This document shows, one piece after another, positions 25,643 through 37,824 of a stretch of DNA of 64,000 nt. Location of the stretch: contig NC_086097.1 in NCBI RefSeq assembly GCF_963921235.1, positions 97,528,001 to 97,592,000 on the forward strand. The letters are read 5' to 3'. The notes under the pieces are model-generated. The model had not been told where the DNA came from. It was given only the letters and a program-made list of their open reading frames with translations, and did not search any database. The stretch comes from Mobula hypostoma (Eukaryota). The stretch's first letter is position 1; every line of letters starts with the position of its first letter. Both the position numbers and the translations under genes were made by a program.

Positions 25643-25693
25643 ACCTACAACCCATCTTTGATCCAGGTGAAGAAATTGGAGCCTCTGAAAGGG
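25643..25693 (+). CDS. TMEM87A: TMEM87A exon 5 (TYNPSLIQVKKLEPLKG)
   Basis: cctttctcag| ... GGG|gtgagt, 51 nt, phase 0-0; weak similarity to the human TFSGDFMHRLPLLGE segment. Confidence 0.7.
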
Positions 25694-26133
25694 GTGAGTG
25701 CGCCTTGGGGTTAGATGTTTGTTCTGGTTAAAAATGGACTGGTTAATGCAAACTGTTAAAATGTGGGGAAAGTAATATTTTTTAAACTCAGTAATCACAC
25801 AGGTTAAAAGCTAAATCATGTCTTTTTAAAACTTGAGATAAATGCTGATAGTAGATTCTGGGATTTAACAGCAACATGCTTTAGATTCAGTTTACCTGTT
25901 GAACTGTTTTTCCTCAGGTTCACTGTTTTAAACATCTAATTTCTAATTAGCTTCAGTCACGTGAATTTGTGTGACCATAAGACACTTTACCATGCTCAGA
26001 ACAAACTTATTTTTAAATAGTGCTGGTTGTGTGTGTTTGTGTTCAAAAAGCAATAGGTTCCGTTTAGTGTCAGAGAAATGTATACAATATACATCCTGAA
26101 ATTCTTCTTCTTCAGCAATTTTTGTCACTGATA

Positions 26134-27749
26134 CAGTGGCATGCAAAAGTTTGGGCACCCCAGTCAAAAATTCTGTTACTGTGAATAGCCGAGCAAGTAA
26201 AAGATGACCTGATTTCCAAAAGGCATAAAGTTAAAGATGACACATTTCTTTAATATTTTAAGCAAAATTACTTCTTTATTTCCATCTTTTACAATTTCAA
26301 AATAACAAAAAAGGAAAAGGGCCCAAAACAAAAGTTTGGGCATCCTGCATGGTCAGTACTTAATATTACCCCCTTTGGCAAGTATCACAGCTTGTAAACG
26401 CTTTCTGTAGTCAGCTAAGAATCTTTCAATTCTTATTTGGGGGATTTTTGCCCATTCTTCCTTGCAAAGGGCATCTACTTCTGAGAGATTCTTGAGCCGT
26501 CTTGCATGCACTGCCCTTTTGAGGTCTATCCACAGGTTCTCAATGATGTTTAGGTCAGGGGACTGTGAGGGCCATGGCAAAACCTTCAGTCTGCGCCTCT
26601 TCAGGTAGTCCATTGTGGATTTTGAGATGTGTTTAGGATCATTATCCTGTTGTAGAAGCCATCCTCTTTTCATCTTCAGCTTTTTTACCGACGGTGTGAT
26701 GTTTGCTTCCAGAATTTGCTGGTATTTAATTGAATTCATTCTTCCCTCTACCAGTGAAATGTTCCCCGTGCTACTGGCTGCAACACAAGCCCAAAGCATG
26801 ATTGATCCACCCCCATGCTTAAGTTGGAGAGGTGTTCTTTTCATGAAATTCTGTACCCTTTTTTCTCCAAACATAACTTTGCTCATTGTGGCCAAAAATT
26901 TCTATTTTAACTTCATCAGTCCACAGGACTTGTTTCCAAAATGCATCAGGCTTGTTTAGATGTTCCTTTGCAAACTTCTGATGCTGAATTTTATGGTGAA
27001 GACACAGGAAAGGTTTTCTTCTGATGACTCTTCCAGAAGGTCATATTTGTGCAGGTGTCACTGCACAGTAGAACAGTGCACCACCACTCCAGAGTCTGCT
27101 AAATCTTCCTGAAGGTCTTTTGCAGTCAAATGGGGGTTTTGATTTGCCTTTCTAACAATCCTATGAGTAGTTATCTCGAAAGCTTTCTTGGTCTTCAAGA
27201 CCTCAGCTTGACCTCCACCATCCCTGTTAACTGCCATTTCTTAATTACATTACAAACTGAGGAAACAGCTACCTGAAACCACTGTGCTGTCTTCTTATAG
27301 CTTTCTCCTGCTTTGTGGGCATCATTTATTTTAATTTTCAGAGTGCTAGGCAGCTGCTCAGAGGAGCCCATGGCTGCTGATTGTTGGGACAAGGTTTGAG
27401 GAGTCAGGGTGTTTATAAAGCTTTGAAATTTGCATCACCTGGTCTTTCCCAATAATGACTGTGAACAAGCCATAGCCCTAACAAGCTAATTAAGGTCTGA
27501 GACCTTGGTAAAAGTTATGAGAGCTCAAATCTCTTGGGGTGCCCAAACTTTTGCATGGTGCTCCTTTCCTTTTTTTCCACTCTAAAATTGTACAAAACAA
27601 CAATAATACACTAATCTTGCTTAAAATGTTGAAAAGAATGTTTCATTTTTAACCTTATGACTTTTGGAGATCAGTTCATCTTCTACTCACTTAACTATTC
27701 ACCGTAACAGAAATTTTGGCTGAGGTGCCCAACCTTTTGCATGCCACTG
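26134..27749 (-). mobile_element. Full-length (1.6 kb) IR/DR-type Tc1 transposon with inactivated transposase (about 27371-26353)
   Basis: TA TSD; ~210-bp TIRs with internal repeats AAGTTTGGGCA; MGSSEQLPSTLK N-terminus; QQDNDPKH..SPDLNIIE catalytic region; stop at 27195 and frameshifts. Confidence 0.95.
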
Positions 27750-28084
27750 TAGTTGGTGAGAAATAAACAGTAAAACAATTCGGAACTGTTTTGCTCACTG
27801 TGGTTTGAAGCATTTAGACTTGGAGATTCCAGAAACAGCCAAGAGTGAAAATGAAATGATTTCATTATTGTAAGAAGTTAGGAACTACCAAGAACTTGAT
27901 CAACAATCATCTTGAATGTTACAATAAAAAAAAGATTTGGAGATGCAATCGTCAATAGCATTGTATGAAGGCAGTCCATTATGTACACTAGGTATCTACG
28001 CTGATTTTGTTCATTTACACTCAATCAAAAGGACAGGGCAGCATACACTGGATGAATTCCACATTGATAACTATTAGGAACTAA

Positions 28085-28242
28085 TGCACACAAAATGCTG
28101 GAGGATCCTGATGATGGATCTCAGCCCAAAACGTAGACTTGTTTACTCTTTTCCATTGATGCTACCTGGCCTGCCGAGCTCCTCCAGCATATTGTGTATG
28201 TTGCTTGGATTTCCAGCATCTGCAGATTTTCTCTTGTTTGTG
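28085..28242 (+). mobile_element. Minimal Penelope pLTR insertion with inverted head
   Basis: TSD ATTAGGAACTAA at 28073-28084 and 28243-28254; degenerate hammerhead core; head TGCACACAAAATGCTGGAGG is the inverse of the tail region. Confidence 0.8.
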
Positions 28243-28887
28243 ATTAGGAACTAAAACACAGTTTTAAAGTACTTTAGTAGTATTGAGTTTTGTATTTTGT
28301 TTAAATACATAATTTATTACTCGTGTTAGTTAATTAGTTTGTGTTTTTAACTATATCCATGAAACCTCAACTAATTGAGGCAGCTGCTTAATTGGGCCAA
28401 AATTGGGCTTAATTGTCCCAATTAGCCGGAATCCACAGTGCCTGTTCTTTAGACACTGTCTTGGGCAGCACCACATTTGGGGCTGTCTCCTCAACGCAAG
28501 TCAAATTTGGGTTTGTCTTCAGCATGGATACCTATAAATAAATTTCACAAATCCCAAGCACAAGAAGGGATATCTAATAGCTCAATCAAATTAATTTTTG
28601 GAAAGCAAGAAATTTAGTATCAATTCTGATCGGTATTCTTGGGTTAATAAGGAGCAAGTGGGGTAATGCGGGGGAGGAGAGATCCCTAGAACAGAAACAA
28701 TATAGCTGAACACTTAGATAACAGGCCAAAACAGGATGACTAAAGGGTTTGGACTAAAAAATTGTGTTGAGTAGGATCGCAGAGTTTTAAATCAGGACAG
28801 GGATGTGTAGGTTCAGAAGAGAAAGAACAAGGTTAAAGTAAATTGGCTGAGAATAAAAATTTCAAATGCCTTTCTTTCTGTTTCCAG

Positions 28888-28965
28888 AATCTAATAAATA
28901 CACAAGAAAATGACAAAGACAATAGGACAGTAGCAACTGTTGCATCTCCTGTCCTTGGACATGAG
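28888..28965 (+). CDS. TMEM87A: TMEM87A exon 6 (NLINTQENDKDNRTVATVASPVLGHE)
   Basis: Strong pyrimidine tract tttctttctgtttccag|, donor GAG|gtgagc, 78 nt, phase 0-0; falls in the variable luminal region. Confidence 0.75.
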
Positions 28966-29149
28966 GTGAGCGCAGCTGAATTATGCATTTCACTTACTTG
29001 CTTTGGGCATTATTTCTTAAAGGAGATGTTTGAAAATATTTCTCTCAGCTAACTTCTGGCTATACAAGGATACATCTCTTCCATGATGCTTCTGAGGCCT
29101 GGGTGCTCTTTTGATATTTTGGCTTATTCCCTGCTTTTCAAAAAACCTT

Positions 29150-30240
29150 GGACTACCTTGCATCCTACAACCTAGAACAGATTCCTGCGGAAACCACTGG
29201 TCACTGTCATTAAGGCAGAATATGCTCAGTCTACGACCATCCTCTGTCTGCTATGAGCAGGTCAATTCTATATCCACACAGCCAGGTTTTCCTTGATCTC
29301 ATGTATCCTGATTTTCTGAAAAAGCCTACCATGGGAAATGTTATCAAGCACCTTACTAAAATCCATTTACGCTACATCTTTTGCCCTACTTTCATCAGTG
29401 TGCTTTGTCACATCTTCCCAGTCAGGCTTGTGAGGCATGATCGACCCCTCACAAAGCCATGCTGACTATCCCTAATCAGACCATGCTTTTTCAAATGCTC
29501 ATAAATTTCTGTCTCTAAGAATCTCTAGTAATTTGTCCACCACTGAATTAAAACTCACTGATCTATCAATCCGATGGATATCTCTTTCTTGAACAAATAA
29601 ATAACATTTGTTACTCTCCAAATATCTGGTACTACCCCTGGTGTCAGTGAGGATACAAAGATCATCGCCAAAAGCTCAGCAATCTCTTCCCTTGCTTCCC
29701 GTAATAACCTGGGTTATGTCATGTCTGGACCTGGGGATTTACCTATTCCAATGTTTTTCAGAAGTTCCAGCAGATTCTCTTTCTTAATGTTGACATGTTC
29801 TAGCATATCAGCCTGTTGTACACTGTCCTCACAAACGTCAAGGTCCCACTCATTGGTGAATACTAAAGCAAAATATTCATTAAAGATCTTTCCTGACTCC
29901 AGGCGTACATTTCCTTTTCTAACCCTGTTTGGTGTTATCCCCGCTCTAGTCATTCTGCTGTTCTTCACACTTTTTTTAAAGACATCTTGGGATTTCCCTT
30001 AATCCTACTTGCCAAAGCTTTCTCAGTCCTCTTCAAGTCCATTCTTCAGCTCCTTCCTGGCTACTTTGTGACTTTCTAGTGCCCTGTCTGGTCCTTGCTT
30101 CCTAAACTTTACGTAGCTTCTTTCTTCCTCTTGACTAGATGTTCCACAGTTCATGTCAACCATGGTTCCTTCACCCAACTACCCTTTCCCTGCTTCAGTG
30201 AGACAAACCCATCCAGAAACCCAAGCAAGCACTCCCTAAA
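29150..30240 (-). mobile_element. CR1 ORF2 fragment, degenerate
   Basis: IFNEYFALVFT..KSPGPD motif. Confidence 0.8.
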
Positions 30241-30244
30241 CATT

Positions 30245-31320
30245 GCACCCCAATTGCCCCGATACATTTGTTAGGATTCTCTGTGATTTCACTTCAGCCT
30301 TCAATACCATCTTCCCTGAGCTTCTGCAAGAGCAACTCTTCAATCTTAACTTGCTGTGTCCCACCTCCAGGTGGATCACAAACTTCTCTGACAGGAGACA
30401 GTATGCAACACTGGCAAACACATCAGCACAGCCCAGTCAGTCAGCCCTGGTGCACCAGAGTTGTGTTCACTCCCCTCTCCTATTTTCTCTATGCACTAAT
30501 GACTATTGTCTCCAGTGATCCATCAGTTAAACCGATAGAGTTTGCGGACAACACCACTGTCACAGGGTTAATCACCAGAGGCAACTAATCCAAGTACCAC
30601 CAGGAGGTAAACAAGCTGGTGCCCTGGTGCAATCACGACACTTGGTGCTGAATGCCCTCAAAACAGGAGGTACAGAAAAAGAAAATGCCTCCTCTGCACC
30701 CTCTCACTCATCAACTTCCAGGACATTATTTCACAGGACCATGTGAGAGAACAATATCTTTATTTATTTATTGAGATACAGCGTGGAATAGGGCCTTTTG
30801 AGCCGCGTCACCCAGAGAAAACCTACACATTCCATAGGGAGGACATACAGACTCCTTACAGATGACATTGGAATTGAACTCTGAACTCCAACGCCCTGAG
30901 CTGTAATAGCATCGTGCCCCGTCTGATCCTTGCTTCCTACTGTCGTGCCCCATTTACAAAAAGGCTTGGCAAAGGACGTACTTGCAGCAGTTGGTAAAAT
31001 ACTATCTTCCCCAGAACATTCTGGTGCAATTCCACACTGCTGTCATAGAGAGCACCCTCACACCAGCCATCACTGTCTGGTTTGGTGCAACAGCCTCTCA
31101 CAATATATGAAAACTAAATTAAACTGTCAAGACAACAGAAAAAGCCATTGCATCTAGTCTACTGTCACTTCCAGACAGAGAATCAGGCAGGAAAAATCAT
31201 TACAAATATTACCTGCTGAACAAACTGCCTTTTCTGAAAGCACTCTAGGCTTATTAAATCAAAAACTTTATGCCATTTTAAAAGTCTCTTCCCCCAGGTA
31301 GTTATTCTGATCAACCATTC
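30245..31320 (+). mobile_element. Rex1/Babar-like RT fragment, degenerate, with a nested SINE piece
   Basis: FVRILCDFTSAFNTI, SPLLFSLCTND and EFADNTTVTGLI motifs. Confidence 0.75.
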
Positions 31321-31558
31321 CAGTTGGCCTTCTCCCCGTCCCCCTCTATCTGTCACCTTTGTTACTGCACTGTAAACCAATTTTATAATGCTATTTATAT
31401 TGTAAGTACCTGTAGTATTTATGTATGTACCTTGTACGTATGTGTACTTATAACTTCATATAATTCTTTATTCTGTGTGATTTTTGAATGTTGTTTTCTT
31501 GTTTTTGTAGAGCCAACACAACAGAGCAATTTCCTAATGCATGTAAATATTATCATCA

Positions 31559-31729
31559 AAGTTGCTGGTGAACTCTTACTAACTCTTCCTTCAGTTAGTC
31601 CTGACGAAGGGTCTCGGCCTGAAACGTCGACTGTACCTCTTCCTAGAGATGCTGCCTGGCCTGCTGCGTTCACCAGCAACTTCGATGTGTGTTGCTTGAA
31701 TTTCCAGCATCTGCAGAATTCCTGTTGTT
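31559..31729 (+). mobile_element. Minimal Penelope pLTR insertion with inverted head
   Basis: TSD TAAATATTATCATCA at 31544-31558 and 31730-31744; body nearly identical to 58180-58332. Confidence 0.88.
31597..31632 (+). ncRNA. Minimal type I hammerhead ribozyme motif, sense to TMEM87A pre-mRNA
   Basis: AGTC-CTGACGA-AGGGTCTCGGCCT-GAAA-CGTC-GACT; helix I AGTC/GACT; GUC cleavage triplet. Confidence 0.75.
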
Positions 31730-33494
31730 TAAATATTATCATCATCATTATGAGCTGTGTCACATGATGTGGGATTAAGGTGTCCATGACCACATTATCA
31801 TTGGCAAATGTTTCTACAGAAGTGGTTTGCTATTGCCTTCTTCTGGGCAGTACCTTTACAAGGCAGGTGACCCCAGCCATTATCAATACTCTTCAGTGAT
31901 TGTCTGCCTGGTGACAGTGGTTGAATAACCAGGATTTGTGATGTGCAACAGTTGTTCATACGACCATCCACCACCTGCTCCCATGGCTTCATGTGACCCT
32001 GATCAGGGGACTAAGCAGGTGCTACACTTTGCCCAACGGTGACCCGCGGGGTAGCGGAGAGAAGGAATGCCTTCTACCTCCTTTAGCAGAGACACATCTG
32101 CACCCTGTCACCCAATGGCGAATTAAGTTGATTCTTACGTCTACATTTCTGCTGAGCATTTCACTGAGTACATCTGTTCCCAATTGTGCTCCCATTTCCT
32201 GCCTAATAACATTATAATTCCCACTCTCCCAATTAAATACTTTCTGTCCATTCCTATCCCTGTCCAAAGCTAGGGTAAAGGTCAGCGAGTTGTGATTCAT
32301 TGTCTCCAAAATGGTCACCCACTGAGAGAGCTGATGCTGTCTGGGTTTATTGCCTAGTACCAGATGCAGTCTATCCTTTCCTCTAGTCAGTCTGTCTATA
32401 TAGGGTGTCAAGAACCTGTTCTGAACACATCTAACAAATTCCACCCCATCCAACCCTTTGGCATTAAGGAGCTACCAATCAATAAAAGAAAAGATGAAGT
32501 CACCCATGGCAGCACCCCTGTTATTTTCACCTTTCCGAAATCTGCCTCCCAATTGTCTCTGTTGCTATTGGAGGTCTTCTATTTTATTATGTTGTAACTT
32601 AATTTAGAATGGAGCCTGACAACAAACACTTTTGCTATAGACTGCTATTTGGACTTGCATCAAAAAGGAAAGAAGAGTTTAGTTGCCAAACAAACTAAGA
32701 GCACCAGTAGCATGTTGGAACATATTGTATGACCCAACAAGGAAAAGACGTCAATTGCAGATGTGTTTTTTTTCCATTGTCCTTCTGAACAAAACTTTCA
32801 TGTTTGCAGCTTTGTCCAATGTGAATGTAATCCAGGTTGTATGATGAAACAGCAGTAGCAAGTAGCAGCCTCAGGAGGAATGATCCTACCAATAGCTTCA
32901 ACCTGCCCTTTCTTCCGTACGGGTAGGCAGAGTGGAGGTGTGCCTTTACCAAAGGAGGTGTGAGGTGCTCCTTCCCTCTGCTAGCCTGCAGGTCACCCCT
33001 GGGCAAAGTGTAGCACCTGCTGAGCCACCCCCCACCCCGACCAGGATCACGTGAAGCTGTGGGAGGAGGTGGTGGATGATTATGAACAGTTGTTGCATAT
33101 CACAAGTCCTGGTTATGGGACCACTAACACCAGGCAGACACTCTCTGAAGAGTGTTGATAATGGGTCATGGGTCTTGTAAAGACACTGCCACAAGTTTTG
33201 TTGAAACATTTGCCAAGAACACTGATGGTCATGAAAAGACCATGATCGGCCACGTCATACAACATGGCACATAATGATGATTTCTTCCACAGGAATGCAC
33301 TAACTAGTAGAAATGAAAAAAAGTCATAATTATTCCGTTATCAGTAAAGGTGCAAACATTTTTTTTGTGTATTCCCCAAAAGAAAAGTTTTTTTTTCTCT
33401 GTTTTAGATAATGATAGTATCACTTCAGGAATCTATTTCAATCCATTTTAGTTTTATGTTATAATTTCTTAGCTTGTTTGTTTTACTTAAAAAG

Positions 33495-33699
33495 GTTCCT
33501 GGCATATTTAGAAGTTGGGAAGATGGACCATATTTGTTCATAATTAAAATCAAAGCATTGCAGACAAAGAATCAAGAAAGCAATAAAGACATCAAATCCA
33601 CAGGAAAAGCAACTGTTCCAGTGACGAATGATGCCAAGGTCAAGCCAAAGGCGAAAAGGGAGGTTGAAGCAGCAAAACAGGCCGGGTTGTCACTCACAA
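33495..33699 (+). CDS. TMEM87A: TMEM87A exon 7 (VPGIFRSWEDGPYLFIIKIK...KAKREVEAAKQAGLSLT)
   Basis: aaag| acceptor, A|gtatgt donor, 205 nt; SWEDGPYLFII matches human TWQDAPYIFIV. Confidence 0.85.
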
Positions 33700-34313
33700 G
33701 TATGTTCTTATTCATTTGGGTGTGTGCATTTGAATTATACTGTCCTCTCCTCTTTCATGTCAAACTGAATTGGAAATGTCTTGCAATGGGAATAATGACA
33801 ATCCACGTTAAAATGAGTTTCATGGTATATTTAACAGTGCTCAATGTTCTTGGGATACTCTGTATTTCATACACTTCATAACCTGTTATGAAAAATATAG
33901 TGAGCCTCAGCTTCCGTTGGAAATTGAATGTTGACTGTTGGACAAAACACTTAGCTCTTCAAATCATTCAGTGAGAGCTGTGCTAGTTATCATTGGTTTC
34001 TAGTTAGACATTTCATTGTAGACTTAAAAGGTAGAAATGGAAATTGTGAAGCAAAATATTCATTGAGGTCAGTGAATGTCTGAGTGAGTGACGTAGCTGG
34101 ACAAAAGCCCGTAATAGAATGGGTCCATATCTGTGTGTATGTACAATATTATTGTTCCAAGTAACATTTTGCCTAATAAAAATCAATGTTGATATTATTG
34201 AGTAATAAAAATATTAATGTCAGTGTTATTGAAGAAATGAATTTGAATGAGGGAATTAAGTGGGTTTTTGGGTTTGGATTTAGTGCATTCTAAATGTCTT
34301 TTATCCTTTGCAG

Positions 34314-34375
34314 TGGTTGTTGAAATGAAAGGACAAAATGAGTACATCTCCCCAGCAGACTGGCCTCTCATGATG
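34314..34375 (+). CDS. TMEM87A: TMEM87A exon 8 (MVVEMKGQNEYISPADWPLMM)
   Basis: tttgcag| ... |gtaagt, 62 nt; matches VEVKGPYEYL..DYPLMI. Confidence 0.93.
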
Positions 34376-34764
34376 GTAAGTACTACAGTTAAAATATTTG
34401 CGGAGCATGTATCACCCCAGTTACTGCAGATTCAATGTATCCTCCCTTGGACGGTGCGACATTAGCTAGCTGTTAGCATGCCACTATTACAACTCAGAGT
34501 GTTGGAGATCAGAGTTCAATGCCGACATCCTCTGTAAGGAGCTTGTATGTTCTCCAGGTGGAATATGTGGGTTTCCTCCAGGTTCTCCAGTTTCCTCCCG
34601 CAGTCCAAGGCGTACTGGTTAGTAGGTTAATTGGGCGTTGTAAATTGCCCTGTGATGAGGCTAGGTTTAAATCATTGGATTACTGGTAGTGCCGCTCAAA
34701 GGACTGGAAAGACCTATTCCAGGCTGTACCTCTTTTCAAAATAATTGGAAAAAAAATAAATTGT

Positions 34765-35162
34765 TTTCTGGGCAAAAGTCTAGGCACCCTAGATCTCCAC
34801 AGAGCTCTGATCTCAACATCATCGAGGCTTTCTAGGAATACCTGAAGAGACAGAAGCAAGTGATACGACCAAAGTATTCAGAAGAACTGTGCCAAGTTCT
34901 CCAAGGTGCTTGGAACAACTTACCAGCTGTTTTTCATTAAAAAAAAACAACTGCACGACAGTGTATCTAAGAGAACTAGTGCAGTTTTAAAGGCAAAGGG
35001 TAGTCACACCAAATATTGATTTGACTTAGTTTTTACCGTTAACTGATCTTTGTAGTACATTTTTTGATATTTAGAAACTTTTCATTACATTATTTTTGAA
35101 AATATCTTAGCTTTACAGATTTTTTTTTTACATCTGCCTTAGAAATTTGCATGGTACTGTAG
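34765..35162 (+). mobile_element. Tc1-like 3' remnant
   Basis: Degenerate SPDLNIIE-coding stretch near 34800, AAGGGTAGTCACACCAAATATTGA end, terminal GTACTG|TA. Confidence 0.65.
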
Positions 35163-35544
35163 TCCCACCACAGTCCAGAACATCAGATCACATCACTTGC
35201 TGACTTTTTACCTAGTGGTAACGTCTTTAATGACTGCTAGATGGAAAGTCATATCAGTGCTGACAAAGTGTGTTCCTCCAGGCTGGAGGTTGTGTTCAGC
35301 TCCCAGATGGTGTCAGCATTAAGGCACCGCAAACCATGATCCCCCTTACCCCGCCCACCCAAACTCTTCTTTTACAGCAAGATGGGCAAAGCCTGACACC
35401 TACATTCCCTTTATTCTCCAGCGATCTAGGAATAAAAGTTTGCTCATGGCAAACTTTCCTATTGCTTGTTTTATGAACAATATATTTTTTACCCTACACT
35501 TTGAATTTAATTTAATTCAAACTCAGGAAGTTGTTTAGATCAAC

Positions 35545-36005
35545 TTGCACAAAATCCTAGAGGAACTCAACAATTCAGTCAGCATCTCTGGAGGGAAATG
35601 AACATGTTTTGGACCGAGCCACTTTGTCAGTGCTGGAAAGGAAGAGGGCATGATAAAGGAAGGGAGAGGAGCAGGTGTTAGGTGAGTTCAGATGAGAGGC
35701 GTGAGGTGGGTAGCTGAGATGGAATGGTGTGAGAAGCTAGGAGGTGATCATTGGAAGAGACAAAGGGCTGAAAAAGGGAATCTGATAGCAGAGGACAGTA
35801 GACTTCGGAATAAAGGGAAGAAGGTAGGCAGCCAGTGGGAGGTATTGTGCAGGTTATGAGGCAGAGAGGTATAGAGAAGGGGTGAGGGTCTACCACAGTG
35901 AGGGAAAACAAAGGGATGGGATAAAGGAAAATGAAAGAGGCTACTGAAAGTCAGAAAAATCAATGTTGATGACATGTTGGAGACTACCAAAACAGAATGT
36001 GAAGT
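35545..36005 (-). mobile_element. Old Penelope-like 3' fragment
   Basis: Degenerate match to the pLTR head (gcacaaaat..gaggaactca..agcatctctgga) and to the GIY-YIG end at 35945-36000. Confidence 0.6.
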
Positions 36006-36195
36006 GGAAACTGGTGTAAAGTTTAAAATTCAAAACATTTCACGTCTAGTACGTCCCTGAGCCAAGTCTGATCAAAAGATCTCAATCTTTGGCTGGTTGA
36101 CATAAATGTATAGAATGGCACTGCAGCTGGGAGGTAAACTGATTGGTGGTAGTATGGATGTTGGCGTAAGGTCTTTTTTCCTTCCTTTCTGCCAG

Positions 36196-36379
36196 TTTTT
36201 TATGGTGATGTGTATTGTCTACGTGCTGTTTGGAGCGCTGTGGCTTTTTTGGTCTGCTTGCTACTGGAGGGACCTGTTGCGCATCCAGTTCTGGATTGGT
36301 GCAGTCATCTTCCTGGGAATGTTGGAGAAGGCAGTCTTTTACGCAGAGTATCAGAATATCCGCTACAAGGGCGAGTCAG
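36196..36379 (+). CDS. TMEM87A: TMEM87A exon 9 (TM1-TM2; [61 protein letters not shown])
   Basis: Near-identical to mammalian TMEM87[13 protein letters not shown] and NIRYKGES favour A over TMEM87B; gccag| ... G|gtaagg. Confidence 0.97.
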
Positions 36380-37724
36380 GTAAGGGATCTTGATAACCTG
36401 TCCTTTGTACAAAGTTTCCAATTCATCTCGTAACCATTCTATAATACTGCTTGCCAGATGAATGAAATGTTATAGCTTTAGCCAGGCTTTGGCGCAAGGG
36501 CAGTAAGCAGCGTTATTTCTAATTTGCTTTATGCCTGATATATGTGGAGCTGCCCTCTCCCTTTTTCACCCTCTTCCTTCTCTGTTACTCACTGCATCTC
36601 AGCACCCCTAGCTAATGGAACAGAATATTGCTGGATGGATGTGTGAATGGTGTTAAGGCAGTACAGGAGGTGGGAGTCAGTCGAAACTGCGTTTGCCCAT
36701 TTTCATGTTGCACCTGCACTCATCGGTGTGCAGTAATGGTCTTGAATGAATGAGCTGATTCTGTCAATGTTCAAGGATGTAATGGGAATGAGTATAGCTG
36801 GGCTGGGAGGGTAGAGATGGTAGTGAAAGGAGGGGGCTGGATCACAATGTTTTTCTCCCAACATTCCAAAGCATGAGAAACATCAATAGTGGAGCTGGAA
36901 GACTAAAGCCCACAAAGTAATTAAGCTTCCCTCTTTGTTTCACCAGCAAGTACACGTGTGAATAGCAAGAGACATTTACTCCCTGTATTCTTCCCACTTT
37001 GGTTTGGCGTTTCAGTCCCATACCGAAAGGCAGCTGGTATCTGTACTTTGACCACAAAATTTAATGTTCCCTTTGCTTAATAGATTTTTCTCTGCACCTG
37101 TTAGGATTGAAAAGGCCCAACCTAATCCTTGCAGTGCTCATGATCAGAGCTTTTTCCAACTATTTGAAATAATTTTAAATCTGATGACGAGGCAGATAGA
37201 TGAACATCGTCCTCTTGCCATTATCCGCCTGTTTATGACACTGCCGTTCACTTAAGGAAACATCAATCCACTAGTTTGTGCCACATGGAACAGCGATTCC
37301 TGAAGGAATCTTCTTGAACAGTATTGACAAAATGATTTGCATTATTTTCTTAAAAGAAGCACAGTACAACATGCTGGAGTTACATTGAGCACACTATGTC
37401 TCAATTGTCAGAGGCCATTAGAATGTTGATTATAGTCTTGACGTTCTATACCTGTCTGCTGAGCTGTGTCAACTGACCATCTGGGACTCTCTCATTTCAA
37501 CTCTGAGGGGAAATGCTTTGCCTTGGCGTGAGTGGGTCAGTGGAAAATGTTGAATTAAGGTCTTCTGATATGCAGTGCTGCCACACTTAGTTTCAACATT
37601 GATGTAGTTCAATTGTCCTGCATTTGTAGTTTGCAATGAATGAAGACTTACAACAGTTCATTCTTCTGCTGAAGTTAGTTAGTCTTGTATAACCACTATT
37701 GTTTTTTCTTTAAAATGTGTTTAG

Positions 37725-37824
37725 TGCAAGGAGCAGTGATTTTTGCAGAATTACTCTCAGCGCTGAAGCGTTCCTTGGCTCGTGTTCTGGTTATTATAGT
37801 CAGTCTTGGCTATGGAATTGTGAA
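37725..37824 (+). CDS. TMEM87A: TMEM87A exon 10 ([34 protein letters not shown])
   Basis: tttag| ... AA|gtaagt, 100 nt, conserved SLGYGIVK motif. Confidence 0.96.

Noticed and set aside
33390..33470. Strong acceptor (ttttctctgttttag at 33407) as an extended exon 7 start
   Set aside because: The phase-0 reading hits TAA before joining the conserved frame, and there is no convincing donor for a separate exon.
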